Source: Marsupella aquatica
Lineage: Eukaryota > Plantae > Marchantiophyta
Assembly: GCA_973895155.1 (NCBI GenBank)
Contig: OZ316893.1
Location: forward strand, 22,479,844 to 22,543,843
Direction of reading: 5' to 3'
DNA length: 64,000 nucleotides
A program made the translations under genes and the position numbers. Of this stretch, positions 1 through 12,639 are shown piece by piece (the stretch's first letter is position 1; every line of letters begins with the position of its first letter). The notes under the pieces are model-generated. The model did not search any database and was not told the origin of the DNA. It saw only the letters and a list, made by a program, of their open reading frames with translations.

Positions 1-260
1 TTATCTCTTGGTTTAGCATTTTTGTCACCTATTGGATCTGTCTCCTGGTTTGGTGTTTTTGTAGCATGTGGGATCATATGTACTGGTTTGACATAATTGT
101 CCTTTTTTTGGTTTATTGGGTGTTCTTGGGGCATTCCCCTTCTCTCTCCCTTTGTTGGGTCTTTTTGCCCTCTGTGATCATCTAGGATCATGTCTCTGGG
201 TTTGGCATTTTGTCTTTTTGGCACTATGATATTTATTTTTCCCCTTTGTCATCTCTTTCT
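1..260. repeat. Degenerate dispersed repeat, related to 24700-24870 and to the reverse complement of 57803-58372
   Basis: TCCCTTTGTTGGGTCTTTTTGCCC near 147-170 matches the reverse complement of the 58.2-58.3 kb unit (TCCCCTTTATTGGGTCTTTTTGCCA). TTGGCACTATGATAT near 218 matches TGGGCACTGTGATAT near 24842. Confidence 0.45.
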
Positions 261-2138
261 TTGTAAGTAGCTTGAGTGCAAGTTCCTTGAAAGTAAATAC
301 ACTCAACCATGTATAAGCTAGCCACACTATGTACAAGTGCATTATGTGGCTAACTGCAGGCCGATTGTGTACTCACCTTATATTATACTGCTTTCCTTTA
401 AAAAATTCACAATGCATAAGTGCAGGTCTACCCACACCAAACAAATACATAAGGGCATTTATTGACAAGTGCAACACACAATTATATAAAGTAGTTGCAT
501 GCACTTATCCCATTGAGTTGTCCAATATGCAAGCTCGGGGCATGAGGAGTCTGATGTGTGTGACTTGAAAACATGTATGAGAAAGATTTCCCATGGACCA
601 TCATCTTTGACAAGAGGTTTGGATAGACCATTGCGATAAGCATGTTTTGCCGTTGACTTTTTGAGATTCTGGCAAAATCTCCTAATGTTTCCATAGCTAA
701 TAGTATTCTTTACCATAGATAAGAGGGTTCTTTGCCAGATGGAAGGGTTCAGGTTAAATCAAGAAGAAATCAACAGGTCGGTGTTGTGAGTAATTGATAA
801 ATGATACCTCCCTTGCCAGGAGAGAGGTCGTCAGACTTACCTCCTGCCAAGAATTATAGATGAAAAGGCAGCTTCATATTTTCCCACTGTTATCCTTGTG
901 TCCCCTCATCTAGAAGCTTCACTATAGACATCATTTCTTGTCCCCGACCCCCAAATCACGGCTTTACGTGAGAGCCCAAAAATACAACTTACCTGATGAT
1001 TACATATTGATTTAAACCGGTCTACCATTCGTTATTATATTTTCAAATTACAATATGTTCGATTGTTCCTGTTTTCCTCTAGAATTCCTGTCCTGTCCTG
1101 ATCTGTCCTGTCCAGGCCTCTTTATTGTCTTTGCAGGTGACCTCTGTTCATGGTACAGTTGATCAGCAAGCTGTTCATGGGTACAAATTGCTCATCCTTC
1201 GCTGATCTACTGAGACAGAAGAATTCTTTCTAGGGCTTTCGTCAAGGTTTTTGTCACATGAATTCGTATGGCCATTTGAAGTTGAAGGACTGTGGTTGGG
1301 TTGGTCGTTGGGAATGAGAATCACACAATGAGCTGCCTTCTGTAAATATAAATTACGAAATTGTACGACTGTCTCAACCACACAAACTCACAATTGATGA
1401 ATCCCTGCATACCGACCTGTCAATCTTGATCAATATACGCAATTTCTACATAGTACCCATCAATCTCTATCACACGTTCGTTGACACTATGCATAATTTC
1501 TGCGACATAAACGAACAATTTCGCCTGCTGCTTTAAAAGGAGGAGAAAGCTGCAACAGGAAAATTTCATACTGGATTGCATAGGCAGACAAGCCAATATT
1601 TACTACATTTCTGCTGTACACTGAACTCACCTTCAAACCTGTGAAAGGCCCCAATGAACTCGAGATATGAACACACAAGATAATATTGATTAGAATCCAC
1701 GGATTCCCCTGATAAAATAGTCATGACAAACGCTCAATGTAAGACCATGAGGGAAAAAGTACCAAGATTCCTCAATTGTTGACGAAGACAGAACTTTGCA
1801 CTGATACTCGCCAGTCATGATCATTGAATGAGCGTGCAGAGCTGCAAGTTTGACTGGAGAGTCCTTAAATTGTCGGGAAAAATGAGTCTCCTCTGTTGCT
1901 GCAAGAAGATACACTTCGCTGAAAAAAGTTTCTTTCGGCACGGCCCAATGGGCCTGTAGAAATGGCATAGATTTAATTTGGCCCAAACAATGTGAGAACT
2001 GGTGTATACGACACCACTTCAGTAGCCAAATCGTTCCCTACGATTTTCCGTACTTAAAAAAAAAACCTAATATTCAAACAAAGAATGAGCTATTTTCGTC
2101 TACTTGCCCCTTACCGTGTCAGTGAACCTAAGGCACAT

Positions 2139-3805
2139 TCACTTCCAGAGCTCTTCCATGGGAATTCCCCTGTCTATAGAGACTTGAGCGAATGTCTTCA
2201 TGCTTGAAATTGCCTCCACAACTGCTCTCGCATTGTTCAAAGGGTTCTCACTTCCTATTTGCTTTCCGAGAGCATTTTCAACTCCTGCTAACTCCAAAAC
2301 TACCCTCACAGCCCCTCCAGCAATAACTCCGGTTCCAACGGACGCAGGACGCAACATTACATGAGCAGCACCATAGTGACCATCCGCCCTGCGTTATACG
2401 ACAAGTTACGAATAACCTCTATTAGACATCAGACGAGTACCATGAGACATGAAATAGGTTTGAAGTAGGTTTGACATTTGGAAGAAAAGCTACCAAGCAC
2501 AGAAAAAATTCTTCAATAATGATTACTATCCATATCAGGTTCTCAGATTCCAGAGTGACCATAGTTGCAGGTTTTCAACCCGTGGCTAATTCGAGGGACA
2601 ATGCAGTGGTACTTAAAAATGCACCACTATGCTCAGGTTAGAAGTGACGTCGAGAAAGGCTATTCAAGAAAGGAAACTTCCAATCCGGTTGCAATTTTAG
2701 AAGACTCGCTTATGTAGTCTCTCAAAGTGTTCAACCCAGTTGAATGGAAATGCAAGTCATAAAAGTCAGTTTGGACGCAGATCACTGGAACGACGAAGGA
2801 TGATTTTGAACATAAACCGACGCATCAAAATCTCAAGTAAGAGAACAAACACGAGAAGGACAGTTGAATTCGAATTAGAAAAGGAGCTAGTGTAAAAACG
2901 CACGAGTAACATATGGACCAGTGGAGGAGAAATTGTATAGGCACAGTGTGAGTAAACTAATTCTGACATCCGGATCGCCAACGAGGTAAGAAAGCAGATT
3001 AGATTGATTTGACTGAAGTCTAGCAGGGCGATTGAGGTCATGGTAGATACGAGCAATCAAATGCAGAAGCAGTAGAGGAAATAGAGGGATTGAAGACGAA
3101 CCTGTGAGGGAAAGTCTTGTACTTCGTCATGGGAACGTTGACGAGATTCCGCTTGGCATTCAACGAGGCCTTCTGAACGGCAGTGATGACCTCCTTAGCC
3201 TTGTTGGTGCCCACTCCGACCTTGCCTTTCTTGTCTCCCACCACAACCACAGCCCTAAACGAGAGCTGCTTCCCTCCCTTTACGACCTTCGTCACTCTCC
3301 GAATCTGCACCACTCTCTCCTCAAACTCACCCCGAACACCCCGCGCACCGCGTTCCTCCCTCCTTCCCGATCCCGGCCTGTCCGAGTCCGAGGCCCCCCT
3401 GCCCCTCCCCCTCGCCTTCCCTCCGGCAGCATCATCTCCCTCCCCGTCCTTCTCCTCGACTGTGGGCTCCCACGATCTCTTAGGACCGCTCGCCCCGAAT
3501 GCCTTCCCGTAGATAGCTTCGTACGCAGCCGTGAGTTCCTCTTCCGTCTCCTCGTAGTCGTCGTTGTACACAGCAGCCACTGCTACCGCGGGGCTTCTCC
3601 TCGTCTGGAGAGCGACTCCATTGTTGATCGAAAGCTTGTTGATGCTGCTGGATCCCCATAGCGAAGCGCTGCTGCTGGACGAGAGCTTCGCCGGCGCGGC
3701 TGAGGGAGAAGCGGCAGCCGTGGTCGTGGTTGTGGGCCTGCACGAGGACGAGACGGAGCACTGCGAGAGCGCCTGGGTGAGCTGCAACGCCCCCGCCATA
3801 GCCAT
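2139..3805 (-). CDS. PRPS5: Plastid 30S ribosomal protein S5 precursor; exons 3805-3102 and 2388-2139 (317 aa)
   Basis: Ser/Ala/Thr-rich transit peptide, then uS5 motifs [31 protein letters not shown] and [23 protein letters not shown] intron 3101-2389 joins FPHR to [10 protein letters not shown] in phase. Confidence 0.95.
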
Positions 3806-3957
3806 TTTCTTTCAATTGCTGCCTGTGCGTGTCGACAGACTCCGGACCTCTCTGTTTCTCCCCTCTTCTCTCTTCTTCGTCTTCTTCTTCTTCTTCGTGT
3901 TTCTATCGAGAAAGAACGAGAGGCAATTATCCGATGCAGATACGGGGGGTTTTGCCA

Positions 3958-3972
3958 CACGTGAGGTGGGCC
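3958..3972. promoter_or_regulatory. G-box (CACGTG) next to a site II element (TGGGCC) upstream of PRPS5
   Basis: CACGTG at 3958-3963 and TGGGCC at 3967-3972, about 150 bp upstream of the ATG. These are short motifs and function is untested. Confidence 0.3.
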
Positions 3973-4008
3973 AGCCACTCGCAGTCAGGATCCTATTTTT
4001 CCTTGTCC

Positions 4009-4355
4009 TGTATTTAGTTTCGTGTATTTTGTTTTCCTTGGGGTGAGAAAATGATGCCTATGGATCACAGTGGTGGTCTTTTGAAGCCCCTATGGACCAC
4101 ATTTCTTAAAATTTGAGTTTATTTGATATAACTTGAAGTTCATAAATTCAAATATTTTGTAATTTTGAGGATGTGTATTTTTCCTTTTCATGTATTTGGT
4201 TGTGTAGTTTGTTTTCCTTTGTGAGAAAATGATGCTCATGTGGACAACAAGGTTGGCCTTTTGAAGCCCCCATGAACCACATTTATTAACAGCTGAGTAA
4301 TATCTGTAATTCCTTGAAATCTATAAATTCGAATATTTTGTAGTTTGAGGATGTG
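4009..4355. repeat. Imperfect two-copy tandem duplication, period about 180 bp
   Basis: GTGAGAAAATGATGC...TTTTGAAGCCCC.ATG.ACCACATTT...AATATTTTGTA.TTTGAGGATGTG occurs twice. Confidence 0.8.
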
Positions 4356-4505
4356 CTAGAGGAGTAGGTAAGCTACACTTCCATCAAAGTGACTGAATTT
4401 TTGGTCATTTTTTGTCATATGATAAGTCATGGCATCCCCTTGGATAAATTCTATTGGATTAATTTTCATTGTGTTAATATGAAATATTTGGGCTTGTGTT
4501 TTTTA

Positions 4506-5494
4506 CGGACCCCACTAGAGGTCCCTTCCAAAATTCCTGGCACCAGAGCGTACCATGTCAACAACAACCGCAACAAACAAGACTCGTCGGTTATGTGAAT
4601 CAAACTTATACTTTTCATTCGTGTTTGTGTCAATTTGGGTGTAAATTTTGGGACACCGTGCCATAAAAAGGAAAGTAAAATAATTAGAAATGCAAAGAGC
4701 AAGACAGTTAAAACTGTCACTATGTAACCATTTTAGTTACATTTCCAATTTTAAAACTTAAATTTAAAGATTTATAAAAATTAGTTCGTGGACCCCCACC
4801 TGTTTTTATTCGATTAGTGGACTACTACGTTGAGCTTCAGTGATCTGCTAGAGTAGTTGAGGTCGATCAGTCCTTATCGATCTTGTCAATGTCCTTATCG
4901 ATTCTCTTTGCTTCTCCTTCTTTCTGCTCGATCTATTTGTTTCTGATTAAGATGTGATGCGCCTCTTTTCTGTCCTCGAACAGTTCTCATTTTTCCTTTC
5001 TTCATTCGGCTTCTGATCTTTTTTGATTTTGTTTCTCCAACATTCCTCTTTACTTTGCACTTCAAGAGGCGAAACTCCTTTCGAGCTTTCCTCTTTTCAT
5101 TACTTTCATCAAAAGCCTTCCTCCCTTTCGAAATGTTGATGTGCTGCTTTTGTTCTGACGGTTTTATTTCGGCAGTTACACAGGAATACGGTTACTGTTT
5201 ACATTGAACACTATTTACTTTTATAAAAAAACATTTATAAATTTAAGTAAAGAGAATATGGGTGAATGTTTTTAATCTCGCCCTTTGTATCAATAGATTT
5301 GGATGAACTTTTAATTACTTTTACATTATGTTTTGACGGCATGGCGTCCATAAAATTACACGAAAAGTGACGTAAACAAGATGGAGAGGAGTTTATTCGT
5401 TGCGCAAACATGACCATTCTTGTTTGTTGCGGTTGTTGCTGACGTGGCACGCTGTGGTGCCAGGAATTTTGGAAGGAACCTCTAGTGGGGTCCG
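4506..5494. mobile_element. Non-autonomous TIR element, about 1 kb, with about 80-bp TIRs and TA flanks (Tc1/mariner-like)
   Basis: CGGACCCCACTAGAGGTCCCTTCCAAAATTCCTGGCACCA...CAACAAACAAGA starts at 4506 and its near-perfect reverse complement ends at 5494. TA lies at 4504-4505 and 5495-5496. No transposase ORF. Confidence 0.7.
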
Positions 5495-6476
5495 TAAATA
5501 TATTTCATATAATAAATAATGGCTAATAACTAACTTGATAACTTCCTTGTTAAAGGGTAATTGGCACCTGGAGTAAGATTTCCGGACCAATGCAATTAGG
5601 GTAAACTGCTAGCCATAGTCGGAACTTGAACTCAATTGTACAATTCATTTGATTAGACATTCATTTAATTGCAAATGGAGTTGCCACAGATTGAATTCTG
5701 ACTCTCGTAGCTTGAGAATTTGATAGCATGTAGCAAAAAGGCTTGATTTTGACAATTGCTTGTGAGAACCATGCTATCAATTAGCCAAGGGGTCCACGAA
5801 CTAATTTATACCTCCTCCTTCTCTAGTTGCCTTGCAGGTGAAAAACTAAAAAATGCTTTAAGATTCATAATCATCAAGTTACAAGCCCAAAACTGCCACT
5901 GACCACCAAAATGTGGTCCACAGGAGCTCTGTGTTAGACAGGGTGGTTTACCCGTGCTTCACTTTTGTCTTCCTTTGTGAACTTGAAACATTTATTTTTC
6001 CCTGACTTTTCTTTTTCCATTGTGAATTAGAAATACCAGCCTGATTACCAGGTAGTCTAACATGACTACAGGTGAGTACAAAAAGTAATTTACAAACAAA
6101 AAAAATATCCAGGCTATTGGAGTTCCTCTCTTCCCCCTCTCTATTTTCTTTGCACCCTCATTTTCAATGGTGCCCCTTGAGTTGCTTTTTTGTTTATCAC
6201 TCCCCCCTCTGTGTTTTTTGTTTACCCCTGCATTCTCAATTATGCCACCTGAGTGACTGTTTTCATTCATCTCCCCCCCCCCCAACCCCTTCTCTGTGTT
6301 TTTTCTTTGCAATCTTTTTCAATTATGTCCCCCTGAGTTAGAGTCAAGATCTAGCTTCACTCTAGACTCTAGACCTTAAAAGTAGCTTTCCATTGAGAAT
6401 TAATTAGTAAGATGTTATGTTTTCCTGGTTTTTGTTTCCTTTTCCTTTCAAATAATTTGTATTCGTTTCAGAGCAA

Positions 6477-6801
6477 GGCCTAACAAACCCTGAGGTGAGG
6501 ACTAGTGGCGATAGGGAGCAAAGCAGGGCATGGGTCCTTGTCAGCCACCTTATAATGGTCAAAATATGAAAAGCCTGGTAGAGCTCCAAGGTAACCAAGT
6601 AGGAGGGTCATGCAGAGGAATTTTACTAGAGGCCCTAAGGTGAGGACTGGGCAGGGAGCAAAGCCCTGGCCCCCAGGTCAAGATATTAGGAGGGCATGGG
6701 TCCCAGTCAGCCACCTCATAACTGTCAAAATCTGAAAAGCCTGGTAGAGCTCCAAGGTAAACCAAGTAGGAGGGTCATGCAAAGGAATTTTACGAGAGGC
6801 C
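6477..6801. repeat. Imperfect two-copy tandem duplication, core period about 166 bp
   Basis: GAAAAGCCTGGTAGAGCTCCAAGGTAA(A)CCAAGTAGGAGGGTCATGCA at 6568 and 6734. Confidence 0.8.
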
Positions 6802-8738
6802 TTAAAACCCACAGAATAGGCCCTACCAAGAATAGAGGATAGCCCATCTCCTTTTATTCTACCTTGCAATACTGAAGGAAACACTAACAGAAATATTGTA
6901 TAGAGCCCTCACCGGCTCAAGAGTTGGTGTTCGAATGGGCCAGAAAGTTTGCTGTAAGTACTCAAATGGACCTAACCCTCCAACCAGGTTCTTTTGGTGG
7001 TCCATCGTGTGTTCTTAACATTGCACGGAGCTGTTTTACGAAAAGAAACGTCTAGAAAGAGAAAAGTGCCTTGTCAAATACTGTGCTCTATGTTGAGAGC
7101 CTTGGGAGCCCAGATGGAGTAGAAGCCCATCTGAATTCGGGGTATGTCCAAGCCCAACTCAACCTCGATGGCTGAGCTTCAATTGCAAAATTTACATTTC
7201 TCATGGAAAGTGAGCCAATTACAGCTGGTTGTCCATTTCAAGGAGCTGGTCCTTATCACGGGTGGGCTGCTAGCAGATAACATGCCTCTCCATGATCCCC
7301 ACCCCACACCTCAACGGAAAGCGAAATTTCTGTGACATCTCCAAGGTTCGGACACCGAAACTCAACGTTTGGCCTGATGGTATTGTGGGGAGCGCCAAGG
7401 CAAGGGTTGGGTGTGTGGGGCAAATTGACTTGAGGTCTAGAGTGATGTCACATGCAAACCATCTGAGGGCAGAAGCCAAGGGTGCAAGGGCAAAGTTGGC
7501 AGTTTGCCCTGACAACTTCCACTCTCAGGGCGACTTTGTCCTTGCACCCTTGGTCAAGAGTAGTGAGGCATGGGATAAGCTGTACGAATTAGCCTTCTTA
7601 CATAGTACTCGCATTTTAGACGTTTCGCTATAGTTTACAATGCGAGTCGTTTCGCATATAGTTGAGGTCAAGAGTGGTATTCCTACAGCTTATCCAAATA
7701 ATGTGCCAGAACTATTAAGACGGACAGCGCCGTACATTTTCTAGCTGGATTTAGCCATGGGTGAAAAGGTTCTGTATATTGCGAAGAGTTTGTAGAGGAC
7801 CAACCAAAGACAAACCTTCGAGGAGGAGCTCAGACCTCTAAATCAAACTAAATATCCTCATGCTCTATTTGATTGATGCTCTATACCGTAGGCTACTGTA
7901 GATTAGCAAACGGTTCCACTGGTAGAGACCGAAGTCTAGGAGCAGTTCAGAAACTAGTTACAAGGATGCCCTGTATAAAGATTATCGACACAGTCATCCT
8001 TTCAGTATCAGGTTATTGATCTTCTATAACCTACAAGTGTGCCTCCTGCTTAGCGAGTTACCACATCTCATTTTCGGCCAAGCAAAACTCCACAGCTTTC
8101 AATTTCTTTAGATACTCAAAGGGTCCTCTGCTTCAACACTGGACTGAATGACTAAATTACATATAAGGCCAAGGAAAACTCCACAGCAATCAGTCTCTTT
8201 TCTGCTACTCAAGGGTCATCTGCATCATTCTGAAAAAACCATTTCTACTTGCTTTATCGGCCAAGGCAATAAGACTCACAGCATTCAATCTCTTCTATGC
8301 TAATCCAGGGTCTCTGCATCGATAGTTATGCCTTCGAGTAGAACTACAGAAGTACCATTCTCTTGTGGAATGTCAAACAAATTTACAACATTTGCCCCAA
8401 TCCAGTTTGTCACAAGACCAAGACGTCTGATAGAACATCCTACACGTAAATGGCTTTGTAGAGATGGTAAACAAGCCCAGCACTGGTGTGCTTGCATGGA
8501 TTTTTCATCACAATCTGGGTGATATTTACATAATCGCGCGACCCCACTTCGCACTCTCTCCACGTGAAGGAGAATTTTCGGCAAATTCAGAGTTTTCACT
8601 TCTCTCCACAGATTGCGGAGGATTTGGAAGTGGTTTGCACTTCTCTATATGCCATAACCTATTTACTCAAAACCACATACTTGAAGAAGAGAATCTAAAG
8701 ACAGATATCCATCTTTCAACGATATCCATCATGCAGCA

Positions 8739-9749
8739 CTAGGCTGCCTGTACAGCTAAGCGTTTTAAAATAACAACACACAGAACAACTAAGGCGAGCA
8801 TTGTACATGACTTCACTGTCCTATCAATCGGGTCTCCATCCTCCTCTGCAAACACTTTCCTGTCGGCACCCTTCAAGGCTTCGATGATATTAGACAACAC
8901 ATCCATAAAGAGTGAGAACTTCTGCTGCCAGAACGACTGGCAGCGACTGAAAAAATTAAGCGATGATTCTCCCACTTCCTCAACTTCCTCGATTTTGACC
9001 TCTGAAGTCTTCACATTTGCGACGTCCTTGTCCTTCTGTAACTTGCGCTTGAATTCCTGGATTTTCTCGTTCGCCAACACAGCATCCCATATGGCAGGGT
9101 CGGTTGCCAATGACGTGACCATACTCTGGACTTCCGGATTGTGCTGAAATTGGCGAAATGCATCGATGACATTGTCTCTCCTCCCACCTTGCAGAATCCC
9201 CTGCCCACTCCGAATAGCTGGGGGTTCGACCCAATCTAGAGCCATCTGAGTCGCAAGAAGATTCGTATTCGAAGCTTCTATCGTCTCTTTTCCCAACTTA
9301 GTTGAAGATTGTCCTCCACTCTGACCGATCATTGCTGGCGAGAAAGCCCTAGACGCTTGCCCCATGCCCGCCTGATCGCTCGCCGTCTGCGCCACTAATC
9401 CGAGCCGGAGAGCATTCTGTAATTCGGACGAAGCCTCCTCGATCTCCGTTTTAGATGGGAGAGAGCCGAACACGAGGTGATCGACTCTTTCCTCCTCCTC
9501 CGCGAACTCCCATTCATCCGGCTCCCACAATGCTGCTCCCTGCTGGCTGACATTGCCGCCTGTTTTCTGAGCCGTCCCGGCAGAAGTGCATGCACACGAG
9601 CGGAAACGAGCGGAGTGCGCTTTAGAAGCCTGAGACGCCGTGCTAACCTTTTTGCAGAAGCTGCATGACGTGCTCGTCGATGCCGCCCCGACTCGCACTG
9701 CCGGCGAAACGACCCGCGCCACTCCTCTCCACACCGCCCCCCCTCCCAT
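8739..9749 (-). CDS. Conserved plant protein of unknown function (UCP012943-like), single exon, 336 aa, C-terminal transmembrane segment
   Basis: Long ORF; the ATG at 9749 gives MGGGAVWR. Remembered family motifs DEWEFA, LVFGSLPS.EIEEASSEL and PEVQSMVTSLATDPAIWDAVLANE are present, plus the hydrophobic tail MLALVVLCVVILKR. Confidence 0.8.
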   Translation of the reverse strand: MGGGAVWRGVARVVSPAVRVGAASTSTSCSFCKKVSTASQASKAHSARFRSCACTSAGTAQKTGGNVSQQGAALWEPDEWEFAEEEERVDHLVFGSLPSKTEIEEASSELQNALRLGLVAQTASDQAGMGQASRAFSPAMIGQSGGQSSTKLGKETIEASNTNLLATQMALDWVEPPAIRSGQGILQGGRRDNVIDAFRQFQHNPEVQSMVTSLATDPAIWDAVLANEKIQEFKRKLQKDKDVANVKTSEVKIEEVEEVGESSLNFFSRCQSFWQQKFSLFMDVLSNIIEALKGADRKVFAEEDGDPIDRTVKSCTMLALVVLCVVILKRLAVQAA

Positions 9750-10514
9750 TCTCCGAAACCCGTCCAGCCTCCCTCTCTTTCTCCCAAAGGAGAGGATTGA
9801 GAAATGATCAAGTAGGGCCGAGAAACGCAGACAGAAAGAATCCCTCGAGCACACTCGACACCGAAACCTAAACCTTCACCGTCAAACCACCTCCCTTGCC
9901 CTTTTCCTTTGCCGTCTCGAGCTCCCGAACGAGTAACCTGATCTGAAGGCAATCCTCACAATCCGCACGTTATCCTTCTGAAGAGAAATCTTCACAACCC
10001 TAGCGAGTAACCGTGACGACGCAGAAAGCTTCACGCAGCTAAAAGCGTGGAAATGCATACACGTTCACATTCACACCGCTCGAGCACGACAACCTCAATC
10101 TCCCGAAGACGGAAATCCTCACAGCGCTCGATCACGAGAACCGCAATCGTGTCGTAGTGAGACAGAAATCTCGAGACCACGCGAGTCCGACGAGTACTTA
10201 CCGTGATGAGCTCGAAGACTCAACTTCCAACAGGACTTGCGAACGCGCAAACAGCAAACCGCAAAAACCCAATTGCCCAATTGAGTAGCAATGTCGTCAG
10301 CTGGATCGATAATGTGGGCGGAGAGATCTCCGGCGGAAGTGTGGAAGGAAAGGAAAGGAAAGGAAAGGAGAGGAAGCGAAAAGGGGTTGAGAATATTTTG
10401 CTTGCACTCCTGCTTTTGAAAGCTTGAGATGGACAAATTGGATTGACAGTCTGTGGCGTTCGATTTTGCATAGGCGCACACCAAATTTAGGCAGGTCATC
10501 CGTAAGTCTACCTG

Positions 10515-11296
10515 GAAAGTGCTTGCTAGTGGGTATCTGGATTTTTATATGTAAGCTTACTAGTGGGTATCTGGATTATTTACATTTTACATGTAAGGTA
10601 TAGGATAACGGTGGTTTGGATTGGGACCTACTGTAGAAAGTGCTTACTAGTGGGGGTGGATTATGTACATGTAAGGAATAGGATAATGGTGGTTTGGGCT
10701 GGGACCCAGAAAGTGCTTACTAGGGGGTATCTGGATTACGTGCATGTTACATGTAAGGTATAGGACTATGGTGGTTTGGGCTGGGACCTAGCAAGTGTTT
10801 ACTATTGGGTATCCAGATTATGTAAATGTTACATCTAGGGTATAGGATAACGGTGGTTTGGGCTGGGACCTAGAAAGTGCTTACTAGTGGGTATCTGGGT
10901 TATGTACATTTTGCATGTAAGGTTTAGGACAATGGTGGTTTGGACTGGGACCTAGAAAGTGCTTACTAGTCGGTACCTGGATTATGTACATGTTACATGT
11001 AAGGTATAGGATGATAGTGATTTGGGCTGGGACCTCTAAAGTGCTTACTAGTGGGCATGTGGATTATGTACATGTAAGGTATAGGACAATGGTGGTTTAG
11101 GCTGGGACCTCGAAAGTGCTTACTAGTGGGCGTGTGGATTATGTACATGTAAGGTATAGGATAGTGGGGATTTGGACTGGGACCTAGAAAGTGCTTACTA
11201 CTGGTATCTGGATTACCTTACATGTAAGGTAAAGGATAATGGGGGGTTGGGCTGGGACCTCTAAAGTGCTTACTAGTGGGTATCTGGATTATGTAG
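10515..11296. repeat. Minisatellite, about 10 copies of a 75/82-bp unit
   Basis: Unit GAAAGTGCTTACTAGTGGGTATCTGGATTATGTA(CATGTTA)CATGTAAGGTATAGGATAATGGTGGTTTGGGCTGGGACCTA. Unit starts at 10636, 10709, 10791, 10873, 10955, 11037, 11112, 11187, 11262. Confidence 0.95.
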
Positions 11297-11861
11297 ATGT
11301 TGCATATAATAGTCTAGTCAATGACTTGGGGTAGTTCTGAGGGACTCTCTCTGTGCTGTGCTGATCCTCGAGCATTGTAATGGACAGACCTTGTATGGTT
11401 TTCTCCAAGAATATGATTATGATGAGATGAGAGATGAGATTTACATTAAAAGAACCTCCATGCCACATATTACGCTCTTCGCATGAGTCCACCCCAAAAT
11501 GAGCATTATAGGTTGACAAAATTGCGTTCAGGGTATTGACAAGGGAATAACAGCACACAATTCCCCTAGACTGTTGTATCCTTTCTTGGAAGGGTGAAGC
11601 CCCTACTGGACCTTGCCCCTCAACCATGCCATTAGGATAGACCTCGTTCATTTTACAGTCATGAGGACAGCAATCGATTGTTACATAGACATCTTGAAAC
11701 CCAGCACTCATAACAGTTTCTAATGTGATAGGAATCAAAGCAAATGCTAGTACCAAGTATATTTCATCAATTTAATTTTCCCTCAATTTGATTCAGCCCC
11801 TCTCACACAACCATTAATAAGACTGCCACCATTGATATGTATGACAGACAAGCTGATTCGG

Positions 11862-12270
11862 TAAGATGTCTGTTCTGTGGGTTGGCAATCCATCAAGATG
11901 GTGATGGCCTGTCCAACTATAAGAGCAACAAGAACGGGCCAAATTTCAAATCAACAATCTCATAGATTCTAGAGCTGATTAGAGAATCCCTAGGTAGGAC
12001 AACTAAACACATAAGAAAACTACTTTGGACAATAAGATCTAATGCCACTGGTACACATAATTATTGTGCCCATTCCTTAAGATGTCTGTTCTGCAGGTTT
12101 CCCTGTCAGCCATCAACAAGGTGGGCCGTCCAACCGTAAGAGCAAAAAGATAAGGCCAATTGTGAAATCGACAATGCCACAAATGCAAAGAGTTGATTGG
12201 TAAATCAGTAGGTAGACCAACTGAACACATTCAACAAAAGTTATTGGACAACAATTTCCAATGCCAAATG
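11862..12270. repeat. Imperfect two-copy tandem duplication, period about 216 bp
   Basis: TAAGATGTCTGTTCTG at 11862 and 12078, with colinear downstream similarity (GTCCAAC..TAAGAGCAA, TTGGACAA.AA..TC.AATGCCA). Confidence 0.7.
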
Positions 12271-12639
12271 GTACATTCCATTATAGGGTGAAGTTATCTG
12301 AGCAGAGGTAAAATCGAACCCCTTTCACAACTCAGCTCGTTTTGTAATGAGGTTAGCATGTTATTTTCACGCGTGCAGCAAGTGATCACAGAAAGCGCAT
12401 CATTCCCCTCCAACAGATTGGCCGTGACGGCTTTCTCTATGACATTTAGCATTTTGCTTCAGGCAGCGAGCAAAATATCCACATCATGAATGAGAAATTC
12501 ACTGACCCAACCAAGTTAAATGAGTAGAGCGTGTCTTGAAGGACTGATGAGCGCCAGGTGATCCCAAACTGTAAGTTTCAAAATCACACTGTTCGTGTCG
12601 TCAAATATTAACATCTCCGTTCTGAAGATTGCATCATCA

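Noticed and set aside
3104-4046. Several overlapping ORFs of 100-185 aa around PRPS5
   Set aside because: They are antisense or off-frame shadows of a GC-rich exon and its CT-rich UTR.
6900-7633. ORFs of 60-113 aa, possibly a decayed coding sequence
   Set aside because: No recognisable motif in the frames I translated; it would need BLASTX.
10515-11296. CRISPR-like regular array
   Set aside because: The whole unit repeats with no unique spacers, the context is eukaryotic, and there are no cas genes; it is a minisatellite.
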